Shown here: piece after piece, positions 1-9,633 of the stretch
How positions within the stretch are numbered: the first letter of the stretch is position 1
How the letters are laid out: every line of letters starts with the position of its first letter
Source: an uncultured Actinomycetes bacterium
Lineage (GTDB): Bacteria > Actinomycetota > Thermoleophilia > Gaiellales > JAICJC01
Reading direction: 5' to 3'
DNA length: 64,000 nt
Assembly: GCA_963809205.1 (NCBI GenBank)
Contig: CAWEIS010000002.1
Coordinates: 50,110 to 114,109, forward strand
Notes under the pieces: generated by a model
Told to the model about the DNA's origin: nothing
The model's input: the letters and a program-made list of their open reading frames with translations, nothing else
Databases searched by the model: none
Translations under genes and position numbers: made by a program

Positions 1-252
1 CGACCATCCGCTCTCCTTGACCTCGGGGATCTCCTCAACCTGCTCGTCGGTCATCGCGAGGCCGAAGTCGAAGGCGAAGTCGCTGTTGTAGGTGGAGACG
101 TATGGGAACTCTCCCCATTCCAGCGTCCTACTGGAGAACCTACCCGCCTCGGCGTGAGTCGGCGCCTGGCCGAGCCGACCGCGTCGGGGGCACAGTGCGG
201 TCGCCGAGGCTTCACCCAGATCGGCGACCGCGCAGCCGGATCCGTCAGGCAC
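1..252 (-). CDS. hypothetical protein, N-terminal part only (runs off window start)
   Basis: Open minus-strand frame from a possible GTG at 250-252 to position 1. Strong G/C third-position bias, clearest over 1-123 (..LEWGEFPYVSTYNSDFAFDFGLAMTDEQVEEIPEVKESGWS). No family recognised and the start is uncertain. Confidence 0.25.
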   Translation of the reverse strand, partial: MPDGSGCAVADLGEASATALCPRRGRLGQAPTHAEAGRFSSRTLEWGEFPYVSTYNSDFAFDFGLAMTDEQVEEIPEVKESGWS

Positions 253-342
253 TCCTAGCTGGTTGACCGCTCAACGCATGGATCCACCTTGGCTGTAGGA
301 ACCCCGGCCATCATCAACGCATCCCTGCCGGCGGCTGGATCG

Positions 343-3300
343 CTAGGGGCAATGCGCCAGCACGCGCTCAACGAGGGAGTCGATGTCCACTTCGCGTTGC
401 TTGGGTAGTGGGAGCTCGGGTAGCGGCTCTGGTGGCCGGAGCTCGGCCCCCGTTAGCTCCTGATAGCGCCTTGAGTAAGCCGCGATTGGGCATGCGGCGT
501 GGAGCGTGCGGTAGCGGTCGGCTGCCTCGGCGCGCTTCGGCTCGGCACGGCTGATCTTCCAGGCGGCGTAGGCGACTGCTGCGGGTCCTTCGCGGTCGCT
601 CCATTCCGCGGCGAGCTCGTCGAGCTGGGCAAGCGCCTCGTCGGCGCGCAGATGACCACGCTCGAAGCTAAGCGATACGGCGAGCGTGACCGCCGGCAGG
701 CGGATCTCGCTAGCCGGCGTGTCGACTGCGAAGGCGAGCACCTCTTCGTTTACTCGGTCGGCCTCCTCCAGGGCACCGCGACGCTGCTCGACCAGCGCGA
801 GCGCGTGTAGGTACTCGATCAACGAGCCCGGGTCGCCCTGAGCACGCGCGAGCCGCACGGCGCCCGCCAGGAGGCGAGCAGCTTGGGTGAGTCGCTGGCC
901 TTCACCGAGCAGGCTGCCGAGGTTGCCGGCGACGCTGAGCAGGCCCGCCCGGTCTCCGAGTTCCTCGCAGACCTCGAGCTCGAAGCGGTAGCAGCGCAGC
1001 GCCGCCTCGACCTCACCGCGGCGGCGATGAAGCTCGCCGGCGTTGCCGGCGACGACGCCGAGCGCATAGCGGTAGCCGATCTCGCTCGCCGCCGCGAACC
1101 CTTCGTTTAGGCACGCCATCGCGCGGGCGTGGTCGTTGCGCTCCCAACATAGACCGGCCAAATCGTTGTTGGCGTGGATGATGGCGCGCCGGTCGCCAGC
1201 CCCAGCCGCCGCGACGAGGGCGGCCTCGAACCAGTCGATTGCGGCCGCGTGATCGCCCTCGTACCAGTGGACGAGTCCGAGCGAGTCGGCCGCGCTGCTG
1301 CGCGCCGCCAGGTTTGCCGCCGCATCCGCTACCCGCAGCTGCTCGGACGCCGTCTCGCGCGCGGTGGTCAGATCGCCGCGGCCGAGGTGCGTCACCGTCA
1401 GATACTCGAGCACTGAGCCCAGGCTGTCGCTTCCCAGCTGCTCGAGATCGCTGCGTGCCTGATCGAGAAGCGGCAGTGCGTCGTCGTAGGACTCGCGCAG
1501 CGAGAGCAGGTGGCCCAGATGACAACGCGCTGCGGCTCGCTCGGCGCGCGTTGCCGGCTGGTTGAGCGCCGCGCGGTAGGCTCGCTGTGCCGCCTCCCAG
1601 TCGCCCGTGTGCTGGTGAATCTCGCCGATGTGCCGCTGGATCTCGCCACGCTCAGCCGGTTTGAGGAGCGGGGCGAGGCGGCGGAAGTGGTCGAGCGCGG
1701 CATCGTTGGCGTACGCATCCTTCGCGGCAATCCCGGCCTGGCGCAAGTAGATGCGCTTCTTGGCGACGTTGCGGCTCAGGCCATAGTGGTGGGCCAGCGC
1801 CTCGAGCTGCTGGTCGAGGTCGTCGGTGTGGGCCCGCTCGACGAAGCGAGCGACCTGCTCGTGGATCTGCGCCCGGCGGGCGTGGGTCATGCTCTCGTAG
1901 ACCACGTCGCGCGTGACCGCGTGCTTGAAGAGGTGCTCGACGTGTGGCCGCCCCTCGAGGCGTGGCGTCAGCTCGGCGGCGGCAAGCGCGCCCAGGCAGC
2001 GGGTGACCGCCTCGCGTCCACCGAGCTCGGGCGCGCTACCCGATACCCAGCCGGCGGGGAAACGGCGGCCGATCACGCTGGCCACCTTGAGTGTAGCCTT
2101 CTCGTCCTCGCCGAGCTGGTCGACGCGAGCCAGCACGACGCTGTGCAGGGTGTCGGGCAGCTGGCCGAGCGGTCCGGCCGTCTCAGCCGCCTCCTCGACG
2201 GTCGCGGCGACGCCGCGCAGGAAGCTCACCAGCTCCTCGACGAAGAGCGGGTTGCCGCCCGAGCGCTCGGCCACGGCTGTCACGAGCCGCGGCGGCGGCT
2301 CGGCCTCCGCGAACGCCGTGCTAAGCGCGAGCGCGGCCAGCTCCTCGGTGCTCGCCGCAGCTAGCTCGCCTAGCTCGAGCAGCTTGACCTGCGACGTCGG
2401 CTCGAGCGGTGGCGGCTCCCCCTGAGCGTGCCGCCCAGTCACGACCACGAGCATCGACAGCTCGGAGAGGTTGCGCACCACGTGCTCGAGCAGACCGCGC
2501 GACGGCTCGCCCATCCAGTGGCCGTCTTCCAGCAGGACGAGCAGCGGCCGCCGGCGAGAGGCCGACCGCAGACAGGTCAAGACCATGGAGCACAGAAGCT
2601 CAGCGCGCAGCTCCGGAGGAAGCCGGCGTGTGAGCTCGGTCTCAGGGATGCGCAGGTTGAGCGGCGAGGCGAGCAACGGCGCCCGGGCCGCGAGGCCGGG
2701 CTCGATGTGCTCGAGCGCGTGGTCGAGTTCGCGCACCGCCGCGACACCGCTTCGCTCGCGCAGGCCGAGCAGCCCGCGCAGGGGGGCGCGCCACTCACGG
2801 TAGGCAGCTTGGTCGGCGTAGGGCTGCGCCGCCCCCGCCAGCACCAGCATGCCGCTCGCCCGCGCGCTGGCGGCGATCTCGGCCGCCAGCCGCGACTTGC
2901 CGACGCCGGCCTGGCCGCGCACCTCAAGCGCGCCGCCGCGGCCGCGAAGCGCCGCCGCAACCAACGCCCGCGCTTGCTCCAGTTCGCTGCCGCGGCCGAC
3001 CAGCGGAAACCGCGCAGGCGGCTCCTCGAGTACCGGTGCCGCGTCCGCCCCGAGCTCGAGCACGGCTACCGGACGCGCTTTGCCCTTGACCCCCAGAGGC
3101 CCGATCGGCGGCAACTCGAAGTGGCCTCGGACGCGCCCGCCGGCGTCCTCGGAGACCAGAATCTGGCCGGGCCGGGCCGCTTCCATCAACCGCGCAGCGA
3201 GGTTGACGGCGTCGCCGAGCGCGCCATACTGGAGCCTCCGCCGCGCACCGAGTTGGCCGCAGAAGACGCGGCCGGCATTGACGCCGATGCGCGCGCGCCG

Positions 3301-4353
3301 TGGCCAGACAGCGCGCAGGCCAAGCGCGCAATGCAGCGCGCGGCGCTCGTCGTCGTCATGGGCTAGCGGAGCGCCGAACAGGGCGATCAACACGAAGCCC
3401 TTGTCACTAACATCGATCTGGTACAAGTGGCCGCCGAGGCGCTCGATCACCTTGACGGCTCGGCGCACACTAGCGTCTAGACGGGTGACAGCGGTCGCGC
3501 GGCTCAAGTCGACTTCGCCCAGGCCGGCGAAGAGCACGCTCACGCGGCGATGCTCATCGACGAAGGCTTCGTGGCCGGCGGCCAGCCGATCGGCGATCGA
3601 GCGATGCAGGTAGGCGGCGGCCGCGGCCGGCACCGTCGCCGGCTTCAGCGGCCGCGCCGCCGGTCGCTGCGGGCGGCGCGCGAGGCGCTCCACCCGGCGC
3701 GCCCGTGCGGTGAGCGGCCAGGTCACCGCGCCCGGACAGAGCGCGAGGACGCTACGGTCGGCGGCCACCTCGCCGTGGCAAGCCGCCGCTTGGGCGGCGA
3801 CGCTGAGCCGGATCGGGCGGCCCGCGACGACTTGCTCAAGGCGCCGGTCGGGATCGCCAAGGACGACGCTCCAGACCGTCCCGGCAGCGACGCCGACGCG
3901 TATGGCCAAGCTGAAGTCACCAGCCAGCGTTTGCACGTGGGCGAAGGCGCCCATCGCCGCCTGCATGTCGAGCCCGCACTGCAGCGCGCGTCGCGCAGTG
4001 GCTCCATCGTGCGCCGTGCGCAGCGGGAAGACGATCGTGAGCGCGTCGCCGCCGAACTTCACGACCCGTCCGCCGTAGGACTCGATCACGCCCAGCATCT
4101 CATCGAAGTAGGCGTTTAGGAGTAGAGAGAGCTGTTCGGTGCCGCTGCTACCCACGGCTCCAAGCGCCTCGCTGAGCGGAGTGAAGCCAACAATGTCGGT
4201 AAAGACGACGACCACCCCCAGCTGCTCGGCGCTACCAGGAGTAGGAAGTGGCCGCCCGGAGGCGAGCGCATCGACGACCGCCGGCGGCAAGTACGCCATC
4301 CAGCGGTGACGCCCATGCGCCGCTCTAGCCTCGGTGGTAGTGTCGGCGGGCAC
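343..4353 (-). CDS. multidomain signalling protein: two class III adenylate/guanylate cyclase (CHD) domains + P-loop STAND-type ATPase + TPR-like repeats
   Basis: 1336-aa ORF. First cyclase core is VVVFTDIVGFTPLSE; a second, more divergent one is VSVLFAGLGE. Walker A is GQAGVGKSRL. The C-terminal half is TPR-like helical repeats. The downstream ATG at 4299 (MAYLPP..) is an alternative start. Confidence 0.85.
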   Translation of the reverse strand: MPADTTTEARAAHGRHRWMAYLPPAVVDALASGRPLPTPGSAEQLGVVVVFTDIVGFTPLSEALGAVGSSGTEQLSLLLNAYFDEMLGVIESYGGRVVKFGGDALTIVFPLRTAHDGATARRALQCGLDMQAAMGAFAHVQTLAGDFSLAIRVGVAAGTVWSVVLGDPDRRLEQVVAGRPIRLSVAAQAAACHGEVAADRSVLALCPGAVTWPLTARARRVERLARRPQRPAARPLKPATVPAAAAAYLHRSIADRLAAGHEAFVDEHRRVSVLFAGLGEVDLSRATAVTRLDASVRRAVKVIERLGGHLYQIDVSDKGFVLIALFGAPLAHDDDERRALHCALGLRAVWPRRARIGVNAGRVFCGQLGARRRLQYGALGDAVNLAARLMEAARPGQILVSEDAGGRVRGHFELPPIGPLGVKGKARPVAVLELGADAAPVLEEPPARFPLVGRGSELEQARALVAAALRGRGGALEVRGQAGVGKSRLAAEIAASARASGMLVLAGAAQPYADQAAYREWRAPLRGLLGLRERSGVAAVRELDHALEHIEPGLAARAPLLASPLNLRIPETELTRRLPPELRAELLCSMVLTCLRSASRRRPLLVLLEDGHWMGEPSRGLLEHVVRNLSELSMLVVVTGRHAQGEPPPLEPTSQVKLLELGELAAASTEELAALALSTAFAEAEPPPRLVTAVAERSGGNPLFVEELVSFLRGVAATVEEAAETAGPLGQLPDTLHSVVLARVDQLGEDEKATLKVASVIGRRFPAGWVSGSAPELGGREAVTRCLGALAAAELTPRLEGRPHVEHLFKHAVTRDVVYESMTHARRAQIHEQVARFVERAHTDDLDQQLEALAHHYGLSRNVAKKRIYLRQAGIAAKDAYANDAALDHFRRLAPLLKPAERGEIQRHIGEIHQHTGDWEAAQRAYRAALNQPATRAERAAARCHLGHLLSLRESYDDALPLLDQARSDLEQLGSDSLGSVLEYLTVTHLGRGDLTTARETASEQLRVADAAANLAARSSAADSLGLVHWYEGDHAAAIDWFEAALVAAAGAGDRRAIIHANNDLAGLCWERNDHARAMACLNEGFAAASEIGYRYALGVVAGNAGELHRRRGEVEAALRCYRFELEVCEELGDRAGLLSVAGNLGSLLGEGQRLTQAARLLAGAVRLARAQGDPGSLIEYLHALALVEQRRGALEEADRVNEEVLAFAVDTPASEIRLPAVTLAVSLSFERGHLRADEALAQLDELAAEWSDREGPAAVAYAAWKISRAEPKRAEAADRYRTLHAACPIAAYSRRYQELTGAELRPPEPLPELPLPKQREVDIDSLVERVLAHCP

Positions 4354-4381
4354 CTTTCCGCGGAGAGGAGACGAGAGGCCG

Positions 4382-5212
4382 ATGATACGCGCTATTCGCT
4401 GGGCCGTGGTACTGGCAGCCGTGGCCGCGGCAGCCGCCGTTCAATCACCGCCGACACAAGCACGCTGGCGGATCCTCAACGACGACGCGATCAACGACCA
4501 GAAGCTCTGTCGCGACGGCCTCCAGTTCTCGTTCGCACAGGGCCAAACCGACACGCCGTATCCGACCACGCCGCCGCCAGGAACACCGACCACCTTCGGG
4601 CCGGTAACGCTGGAGGTCGACGCTGCGCCCCATGGCACACCCGACTTCGCGTGGCCAAACGACACGGACATCGAACTCGTGCACTCGAGCTTCACCGCCA
4701 ACTACAAGGCGACCGCGCAGACGATCAACGGCACGACTTCCTACTACAACTACTTCTACAAAAGCACCGTACCTTTCACCACGACGGCGGCGAGGGGCTT
4801 CGCCGTGCGCCTCGTCCCACTGCGGCCCGGCGATACACTCGACGACGCCACCACACCGGTCATCGACCCCGTGCCGAACTGCTTCCTCTGGGGGCCGATT
4901 GACATCGCTCCCGGTGACCCCACCAACACCATCGACCCAGCCTCGCGCGGCGAAGTCAAAGTGGCACTGTTCTCGAGTCGCCGCTTCGACGCAACGGGGG
5001 TGACCGGCGCTCGCTTCGGCGAAGCGGGCACCGAGGCGCGACCCGTCAGCCGCTCACACCTCGATCTGAACCAGGACGGCATCCGCGACGAGCTCTTCAG
5101 CTTCAAAATCGCGGACACGGGCATCACATGCGGCACGCCACTGGCCCGACTAAGCGCGGCCTCGAAACACCTTCGCTTCTACGAACAGGACGTCGTCCAC
5201 ACCACCTGCTGA
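4382..5212 (+). CDS. secreted hypothetical protein
   Basis: An ATG preceded by GGAGAGGAG gives MIRAIRWAVVLAAVAAAAAVQ, a signal-peptide-like N-terminus. Normal amino-acid composition. No family recognised. Confidence 0.55.
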   Translation: MIRAIRWAVVLAAVAAAAAVQSPPTQARWRILNDDAINDQKLCRDGLQFSFAQGQTDTPYPTTPPPGTPTTFGPVTLEVDAAPHGTPDFAWPNDTDIELVHSSFTANYKATAQTINGTTSYYNYFYKSTVPFTTTAARGFAVRLVPLRPGDTLDDATTPVIDPVPNCFLWGPIDIAPGDPTNTIDPASRGEVKVALFSSRRFDATGVTGARFGEAGTEARPVSRSHLDLNQDGIRDELFSFKIADTGITCGTPLARLSAASKHLRFYEQDVVHTTC

Positions 5213-5482
5213 GCTACGACGGGAAGCGAACGAACACTTGGGCGGTAGGCAGGAATGTCCTGCATTGGGTCGGTGGCAACGCCGCGACGATCACCGTGCG
5301 CCTAACCGCCTGGTTTGAGCCAGAGTCCGACATCGCGCGTGCCCATCCGTGCCCGCTCAAACCCTCAAAGCCGTATGGTTGAGCCGAAAACCGGACCACA
5401 GCCGGGAATCCCCTTTAGGACACCGTCGACCCTGTGTGGGGTACACGTCGAGCGTCACCGACATCATCTCGAAGCGGGTTGG

Positions 5483-5594
5483 CCCCGTACCCCGCTTCGG
5501 CTCCTGTAGCGGGGGGTCGGGTGCGGAGCCTGGCACAGCCGACGCGATCCCATACCACGCGCGCACGCATCGAGCCTCCCGAACGAAGCAAACC
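5483..5594 (+). repeat. GC-rich intergenic repeat, locus A (1 copy, type I)
   Basis: ccccgtaccccgcttcggctcctgtagcggggggtcgggtgcggagcctggcacagccgac..ccataccacgcgcgcacgcat..cgaacgaagcaaacc. Aligns by eye with the copies at the other 8 loci. Confidence 0.85.
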
Positions 5595-5700
5595 ATCAAG
5601 CCGGTTCCCGGAACCGTCCGCGAAGTACGCCGCGTAACCCGCCCCGTAGCGGCATTTTCCTTCGGGCCGCCGAGGTCAGCCGGGCCGGCCTCAAGCGGCG

Positions 5701-6246
5701 ATGTCCGGCATGCTTCAGAATCGGGCCGTGCGCGAAGCGAGGGCTGCGGCGGGGAGTGTGGTGTTCCTAGTGGTGGCGCCGGGAGTCGTCGCCGGTGTGA
5801 TTCCCTGGTGGATTACCGGCTGGGCCGTTGAGCAGCCGTGGTCACATTGGGCGCTGCTGCGGGTGGCGGGCGGGGTCGTCTTGGCCGTGGGAATGGGTGT
5901 GCTGGTTCACGCCTTCGTGCGGTTCGTAGTCGAAGGCATGGGCACACCAGCGCCGGTCGCACCGACCGAGCGCCTCGTCGTCGGTGGCCTTTACCGGTAT
6001 GTCCGGAATCCGATGTACCTCGCGGTGGGCGCGATCATCGTCGGTCAGGCGTTGCTGCTGGGCCAAATGGTGTTGCTGCCCTACGTTGCGGCCTTCGGCA
6101 TTGCAGTCGTGGCGTTTGTGCATTGGTATGAAGAGCCGACGCTGCGGCGCCGGTTCGGCGATGAGTACGAGGCGTACCGCCGTGCGGTGCCGGCCTGGTG
6201 GCCACGCCGTCGGCCATGGCAAGGCATCGAGCGCGACGCGTCGTGA
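5701..6246 (+). CDS. isoprenylcysteine carboxyl methyltransferase / phospholipid methyltransferase family membrane protein
   Basis: 181 aa with several TM segments. Contains the family-typical stretch LVVGGLYRYVRNPMYLAVGAIIVGQALLLG followed by EEPTLRRRFGDEYEAYRRAVP. Confidence 0.7.
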   Translation: MSGMLQNRAVREARAAAGSVVFLVVAPGVVAGVIPWWITGWAVEQPWSHWALLRVAGGVVLAVGMGVLVHAFVRFVVEGMGTPAPVAPTERLVVGGLYRYVRNPMYLAVGAIIVGQALLLGQMVLLPYVAAFGIAVVAFVHWYEEPTLRRRFGDEYEAYRRAVPAWWPRRRPWQGIERDAS

Positions 6247-6491
6247 CGTCGCGGGGCAGGGCATGACCGGGCTTCGCGTTCGGAGTCCGTCGATCGGTCA
6301 ATCTGACGGCTGCATGCCAGCCTGTCCTGGCCGTCTATCACCTGGATGGCAAGACCGGGCGGTTTGTCCGGGCGGCACTCGACGTGGTTACCCTGGTGGC
6401 TCGCGAATCTCGAGATCACCGGCTTCGTCGCTGCCCCGCGAGTATCCGACCACGTACACCGACACGCCCCGGATTCTCCACCGGCAGCGCT

Positions 6492-6770
6492 ATGTACGAG
6501 GATCTGCGGCTGGCGGGATTCCATGGCGGTCCGGACGGGATCACCGTCTCCCACACCCCGGGCACGCCGACGACCGACGACGAGCTGCTGGTCGACGGCC
6601 GGCTGCTGCAACTGGAACCGGAGACCGCCGCGACGATCCTGGCCACTACCACCTTCCGCGTCCTGCTCGATCCCGACGGGCGGATCGTTGCCGCGTGGGA
6701 CGAGGAGCGGACGCCGAGTGAGTGCGATGCCTTCACTCGAGACTCAACCGACTGGTACCGCGGTCGATGA
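6492..6770 (+). CDS. small hypothetical protein
   Basis: 92-aa ATG-initiated part of ORF 6384..6770 (MYEDLRLAGFHGGPDGITVSH..). Balanced composition, no recognisable family, and followed by an inverted repeat at 6810-6852. Confidence 0.3.
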   Translation: MYEDLRLAGFHGGPDGITVSHTPGTPTTDDELLVDGRLLQLEPETAATILATTTFRVLLDPDGRIVAAWDEERTPSECDAFTRDSTDWYRGR

Positions 6771-7301
6771 GCGATCCGCGATGTCCGTCCAGCCTGGCCC
6801 TTGACGCGACCTGTGGGCCACTCACAGATCTGGACAGTCAGCGGCCCACAGGACCGTGACCAGGCCAACTGACAGGCGACCCACGGCGCCGGTAGACGCT
6901 GACCGCTAGTACCCGCGGACCGGCGGGGCGAACTGCTCGTCGGTCGGTACAGGCCCGCCCCGCTTCCACAAACACCCGGCAGGCCACCTGGAGGAACGCG
7001 GCCGCCGCGGCGCGCCATCAGCGTACACCCGGTCGATCGGCCCACCGAACATGCTCGGGTTGCCGAAACCGGCGTCGTCAATCAGGGACGAGGAGCACGT
7101 TGGGCGCTCCCTCGGGGAGAGCCGGGTGCATCGCCTGGCTCCAGTCGGGCACCGAACATTCGATGGTCGCGAACCTAGCCTGCTACAGCAGCCGAGGCGG
7201 TGACGCTGGCTGCCTAAAGCACCTGACTCGGCCACACGGCGCCTACTCAGCTGCGTGGCGGGGTCGAACCGCGCTAGCTTCTTGCCATACCGGGAGGGCC
7301 A

Positions 7302-7859
7302 ATGGCTGACGATCAACTGCGGGTACACGAGGCGGGGATGGAGAGGACTGTCGAGGGGGTTCGACCAGTCGGTGAGGGGTGGTTCGTAGTGAACGTGGCG
7401 GAGCTGGCGGCGCGGCGCAACGAGCGGATGGGCATTACGTGCTCGCCGGAGCCCGATGATGCCCGGTTCCCGGAGTTCGGCTTCAACCTGCGCGTGCTCG
7501 AGCCCGGACAGTTCAACGCGCGCTACCACCGCGAGAACGATCAGGAGGCATTCCTCGTGCTCTCCGGCCAGTGCATGCTCATTGTCGAGGGCGAGGAGCG
7601 GTTGCTTCACTCAGGAGACTTCTTCCACAGCCCACCGCTGACCAGCCACGTGTTCGTCGGCATGGGTGCGGGGCCCGCCATGATCCTCATGGTAGGCGGA
7701 CGCACGCGGGAGTGGCGCGAGGGCGAGGGCTTTCCGGTCGATGCGACCGCCGCGCAGTACGACGCGAGCGTCGCCGAACCCACCACCTCGCCAAAGGTCG
7801 CCTACAGGGACATACCTGACGGCGAACCGGCGCGACTGCCATGGCCCCCGCCGGCCTGA
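7302..7859 (+). CDS. cupin domain protein
   Basis: 185 aa with a cupin-like core: FNLRVLEPGQFNARYHRENDQEAFLVLSGQCMLIVEGEERLLHSGDFFHSPPLTSHVFVG. Confidence 0.7.
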   Translation: MADDQLRVHEAGMERTVEGVRPVGEGWFVVNVAELAARRNERMGITCSPEPDDARFPEFGFNLRVLEPGQFNARYHRENDQEAFLVLSGQCMLIVEGEERLLHSGDFFHSPPLTSHVFVGMGAGPAMILMVGGRTREWREGEGFPVDATAAQYDASVAEPTTSPKVAYRDIPDGEPARLPWPPPA

Positions 7860-7862
7860 CGA

Positions 7863-7970
7863 CGACCAACACGGAGCACGCCTCGCGGGTCCTGCCATCC
7901 GCCCCCTCGACCGGATTCAGTGGCAGATTCGAAACTCAAACCGCTCGGACGAGAACGATGCACTTCTTCG
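7863..7970 (+). pseudogene. remnant of a second Rieske iron-sulfur protein gene (3' part, with internal deletion)
   Basis: 7863-7941 aligns with 15643-15721 inside the intact Rieske gene: 79 nt, 6 mismatches by eye. It encodes ..QHGARLAGPAIRPLDRIQWQIRNSN. From 7941 the match jumps to about 15913-15936, the sequence just after the Rieske stop. Confidence 0.7.
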
Positions 7971-8225
7971 CCGACGATTCCTATGAGACTCCGGCGGCGC
8001 GGCCGGGCAGATCGGGCAAGGGGTTGCCGGGCGCTCAGCCGGGGGAGCGGGGAGGACGCGTCGCCAGCCATCGCCTCGCGTACGCCGACGGAAGCGACGC
8101 GAACCAACCATGGAGCCAAGGTCAACGATCAGACCAGTTGGGCGCTCATCTGATCCGCAGTCGTTTCCGGATTTCGGTGCGAGCCGTAACGCGGAGATTC
8201 GCGGACGCATATGGTTGGTTCGATT

Positions 8226-8285
8226 AGCGAGCACGAGCTGAAGGGCGTGGCTGACCGGTGGCGACTCTGTCGGATGGTGGCATGA
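8226..8285 (+). pseudogene. remnant of the C-terminal end of a cyclase (CHD) gene
   Basis: Encodes SEHELKGVADRWRLCRMVA-stop. The nucleotides match the 3' end of the downstream hydrolase-cyclase gene (GEHELKGVPDRWHLYRV, 9550-9600) at about 40 of 48 positions. No upstream coding body is present. Confidence 0.5.
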
Positions 8286-8286
8286 C

Positions 8287-9609
8287 GTGATCGAGATGCC
8301 GAAGACCCAGTGGGCGGTGACGGTTGACGGTGCCTACATCGCCTATCAGGATGTCGGCCAGGGACCGCAGGCTCTGGTGCTGATCCATGGGTGGTGGTCT
8401 CACCTGGAGCTGTCCTGGGAGGACCCGTCGTATGCGCGGTTCATGGATCGGCTGAGCCGCCGGTTGCGAGTGCTCGTGTTTGACAAGCGCGGGACGGGGA
8501 TGTCGGATCGGTTCACGGAGCCGCCGCATCTGGAGGCGCGGATGGACGATGTGCGGGCGGTGATGGATGCGGCGGGTGTGGAGCGGGCGGCGCTGCTTGG
8601 TTGGGGGACGGGCGGCCCGCAGCTGGGCTGCATGTTCGCGGCCACCTACCCGGAGCGCACGGTGGCCCTGTGCATCGACCCCAACGTGCACGAGGCCTGG
8701 GAGGGGGCGGCCACCGAGGAGGAACTCGAACGCGAGATCGAGCAGTTGACCGCCATGTGGGGGCGCGATGACGTCCCGCTGTCGGGTTACGACGATGCTC
8801 CCACCGACCCGGAGTACGTTCGCGCGGAGGCTCGCGCGGCGAGGTTCTCCGCGACTCCCGGCGGCATCGCCGCCCTCACCCGGATGTGGTTCCACACCGA
8901 TGTCCGCGACGTGCTGCCGACGATCCGCGTACCGACACTCGTCTTCCACAAGGAACGCGGGTGGTCGAACCCGGAGAGCGCCGCGCGCGCGGCGGCACTG
9001 ATACCCGGTGCCCGTATCGCGGCCGTCGGTGGCAGCGAGACGGTGATCTTCGTCGAGGATCCCGAGCCACTCGTCTCGGCGATCGAGGCGTTCCTCGGGC
9101 CGATCTGGGATGAAGAGCAGGACCTCGATCGGGTGCTCGCGACGGTGCTGTTCACCGACATCGTGGACTCGACCGCGCAGGGGGCAGCGCTCGGCGACCG
9201 CGCATGGGGCGAGGTTCGCGCCGAGCACGATCAGATCGTGCGGGCAAACCTGGCCCGGTACCGCGGCCGTGAGATCAAGACGATGGGCGACGGGTTCCTC
9301 GCCACCTTCGATGGCCCGGCGCGCGGTGTCCGATGCGCGGAGGCGATCGCCGCACAGGTGCAGCCGCTCGGCGTCGAGATCCGCGCCGGGCTGCACACCG
9401 GCGAGATCGCGTTCGAAGCCGACGACGTCGCCGGACTCGGCGTGGCGATCGGCGCGCGCGTGGGCGCGAAGGCAGGCGCCTCCGAGGTGCTCGTGTCCCA
9501 GACCGTGAAGGACCTGGTCGCCGGTAGCGGCCTCACGTTCGAGGACGCTGGCGAGCACGAGCTGAAGGGCGTGCCCGACCGCTGGCACCTCTACCGGGTC
9601 ACCGGCTAG
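8287..9609 (+). CDS. alpha/beta hydrolase - class III adenylate/guanylate cyclase fusion protein
   Basis: 440 aa. The N-terminal alpha/beta-hydrolase fold includes LVLIHGWWSH and LLGWGTGGP. The C-terminal CHD runs VLFTDIVDSTAQ..IKTMGDGFLATF..GLHTGE. Same architecture as mycobacterial LipJ-type proteins. ATG at 8296 is an alternative start. Confidence 0.85.
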   Translation: MIEMPKTQWAVTVDGAYIAYQDVGQGPQALVLIHGWWSHLELSWEDPSYARFMDRLSRRLRVLVFDKRGTGMSDRFTEPPHLEARMDDVRAVMDAAGVERAALLGWGTGGPQLGCMFAATYPERTVALCIDPNVHEAWEGAATEEELEREIEQLTAMWGRDDVPLSGYDDAPTDPEYVRAEARAARFSATPGGIAALTRMWFHTDVRDVLPTIRVPTLVFHKERGWSNPESAARAAALIPGARIAAVGGSETVIFVEDPEPLVSAIEAFLGPIWDEEQDLDRVLATVLFTDIVDSTAQGAALGDRAWGEVRAEHDQIVRANLARYRGREIKTMGDGFLATFDGPARGVRCAEAIAAQVQPLGVEIRAGLHTGEIAFEADDVAGLGVAIGARVGAKAGASEVLVSQTVKDLVAGSGLTFEDAGEHELKGVPDRWHLYRVTG

Positions 9610-9633
9610 GCAAGACCACTCTCAAGGCACCGC

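Noticed and set aside
6906-7610. 234-aa minus-strand ORF overlapping the cupin gene
   Set aside because: Its 5' two-thirds are antisense to the well-supported cupin CDS.

Only the last ~60 codons (6906-7090, ..LIDDAGFGNPSMFGGPIDRVYADG..TDEQFAPPVRGY) have a coding-like G/C third-position bias. That part might be another gene remnant. I recognise no family there and there is no usable start, so I do not call it.
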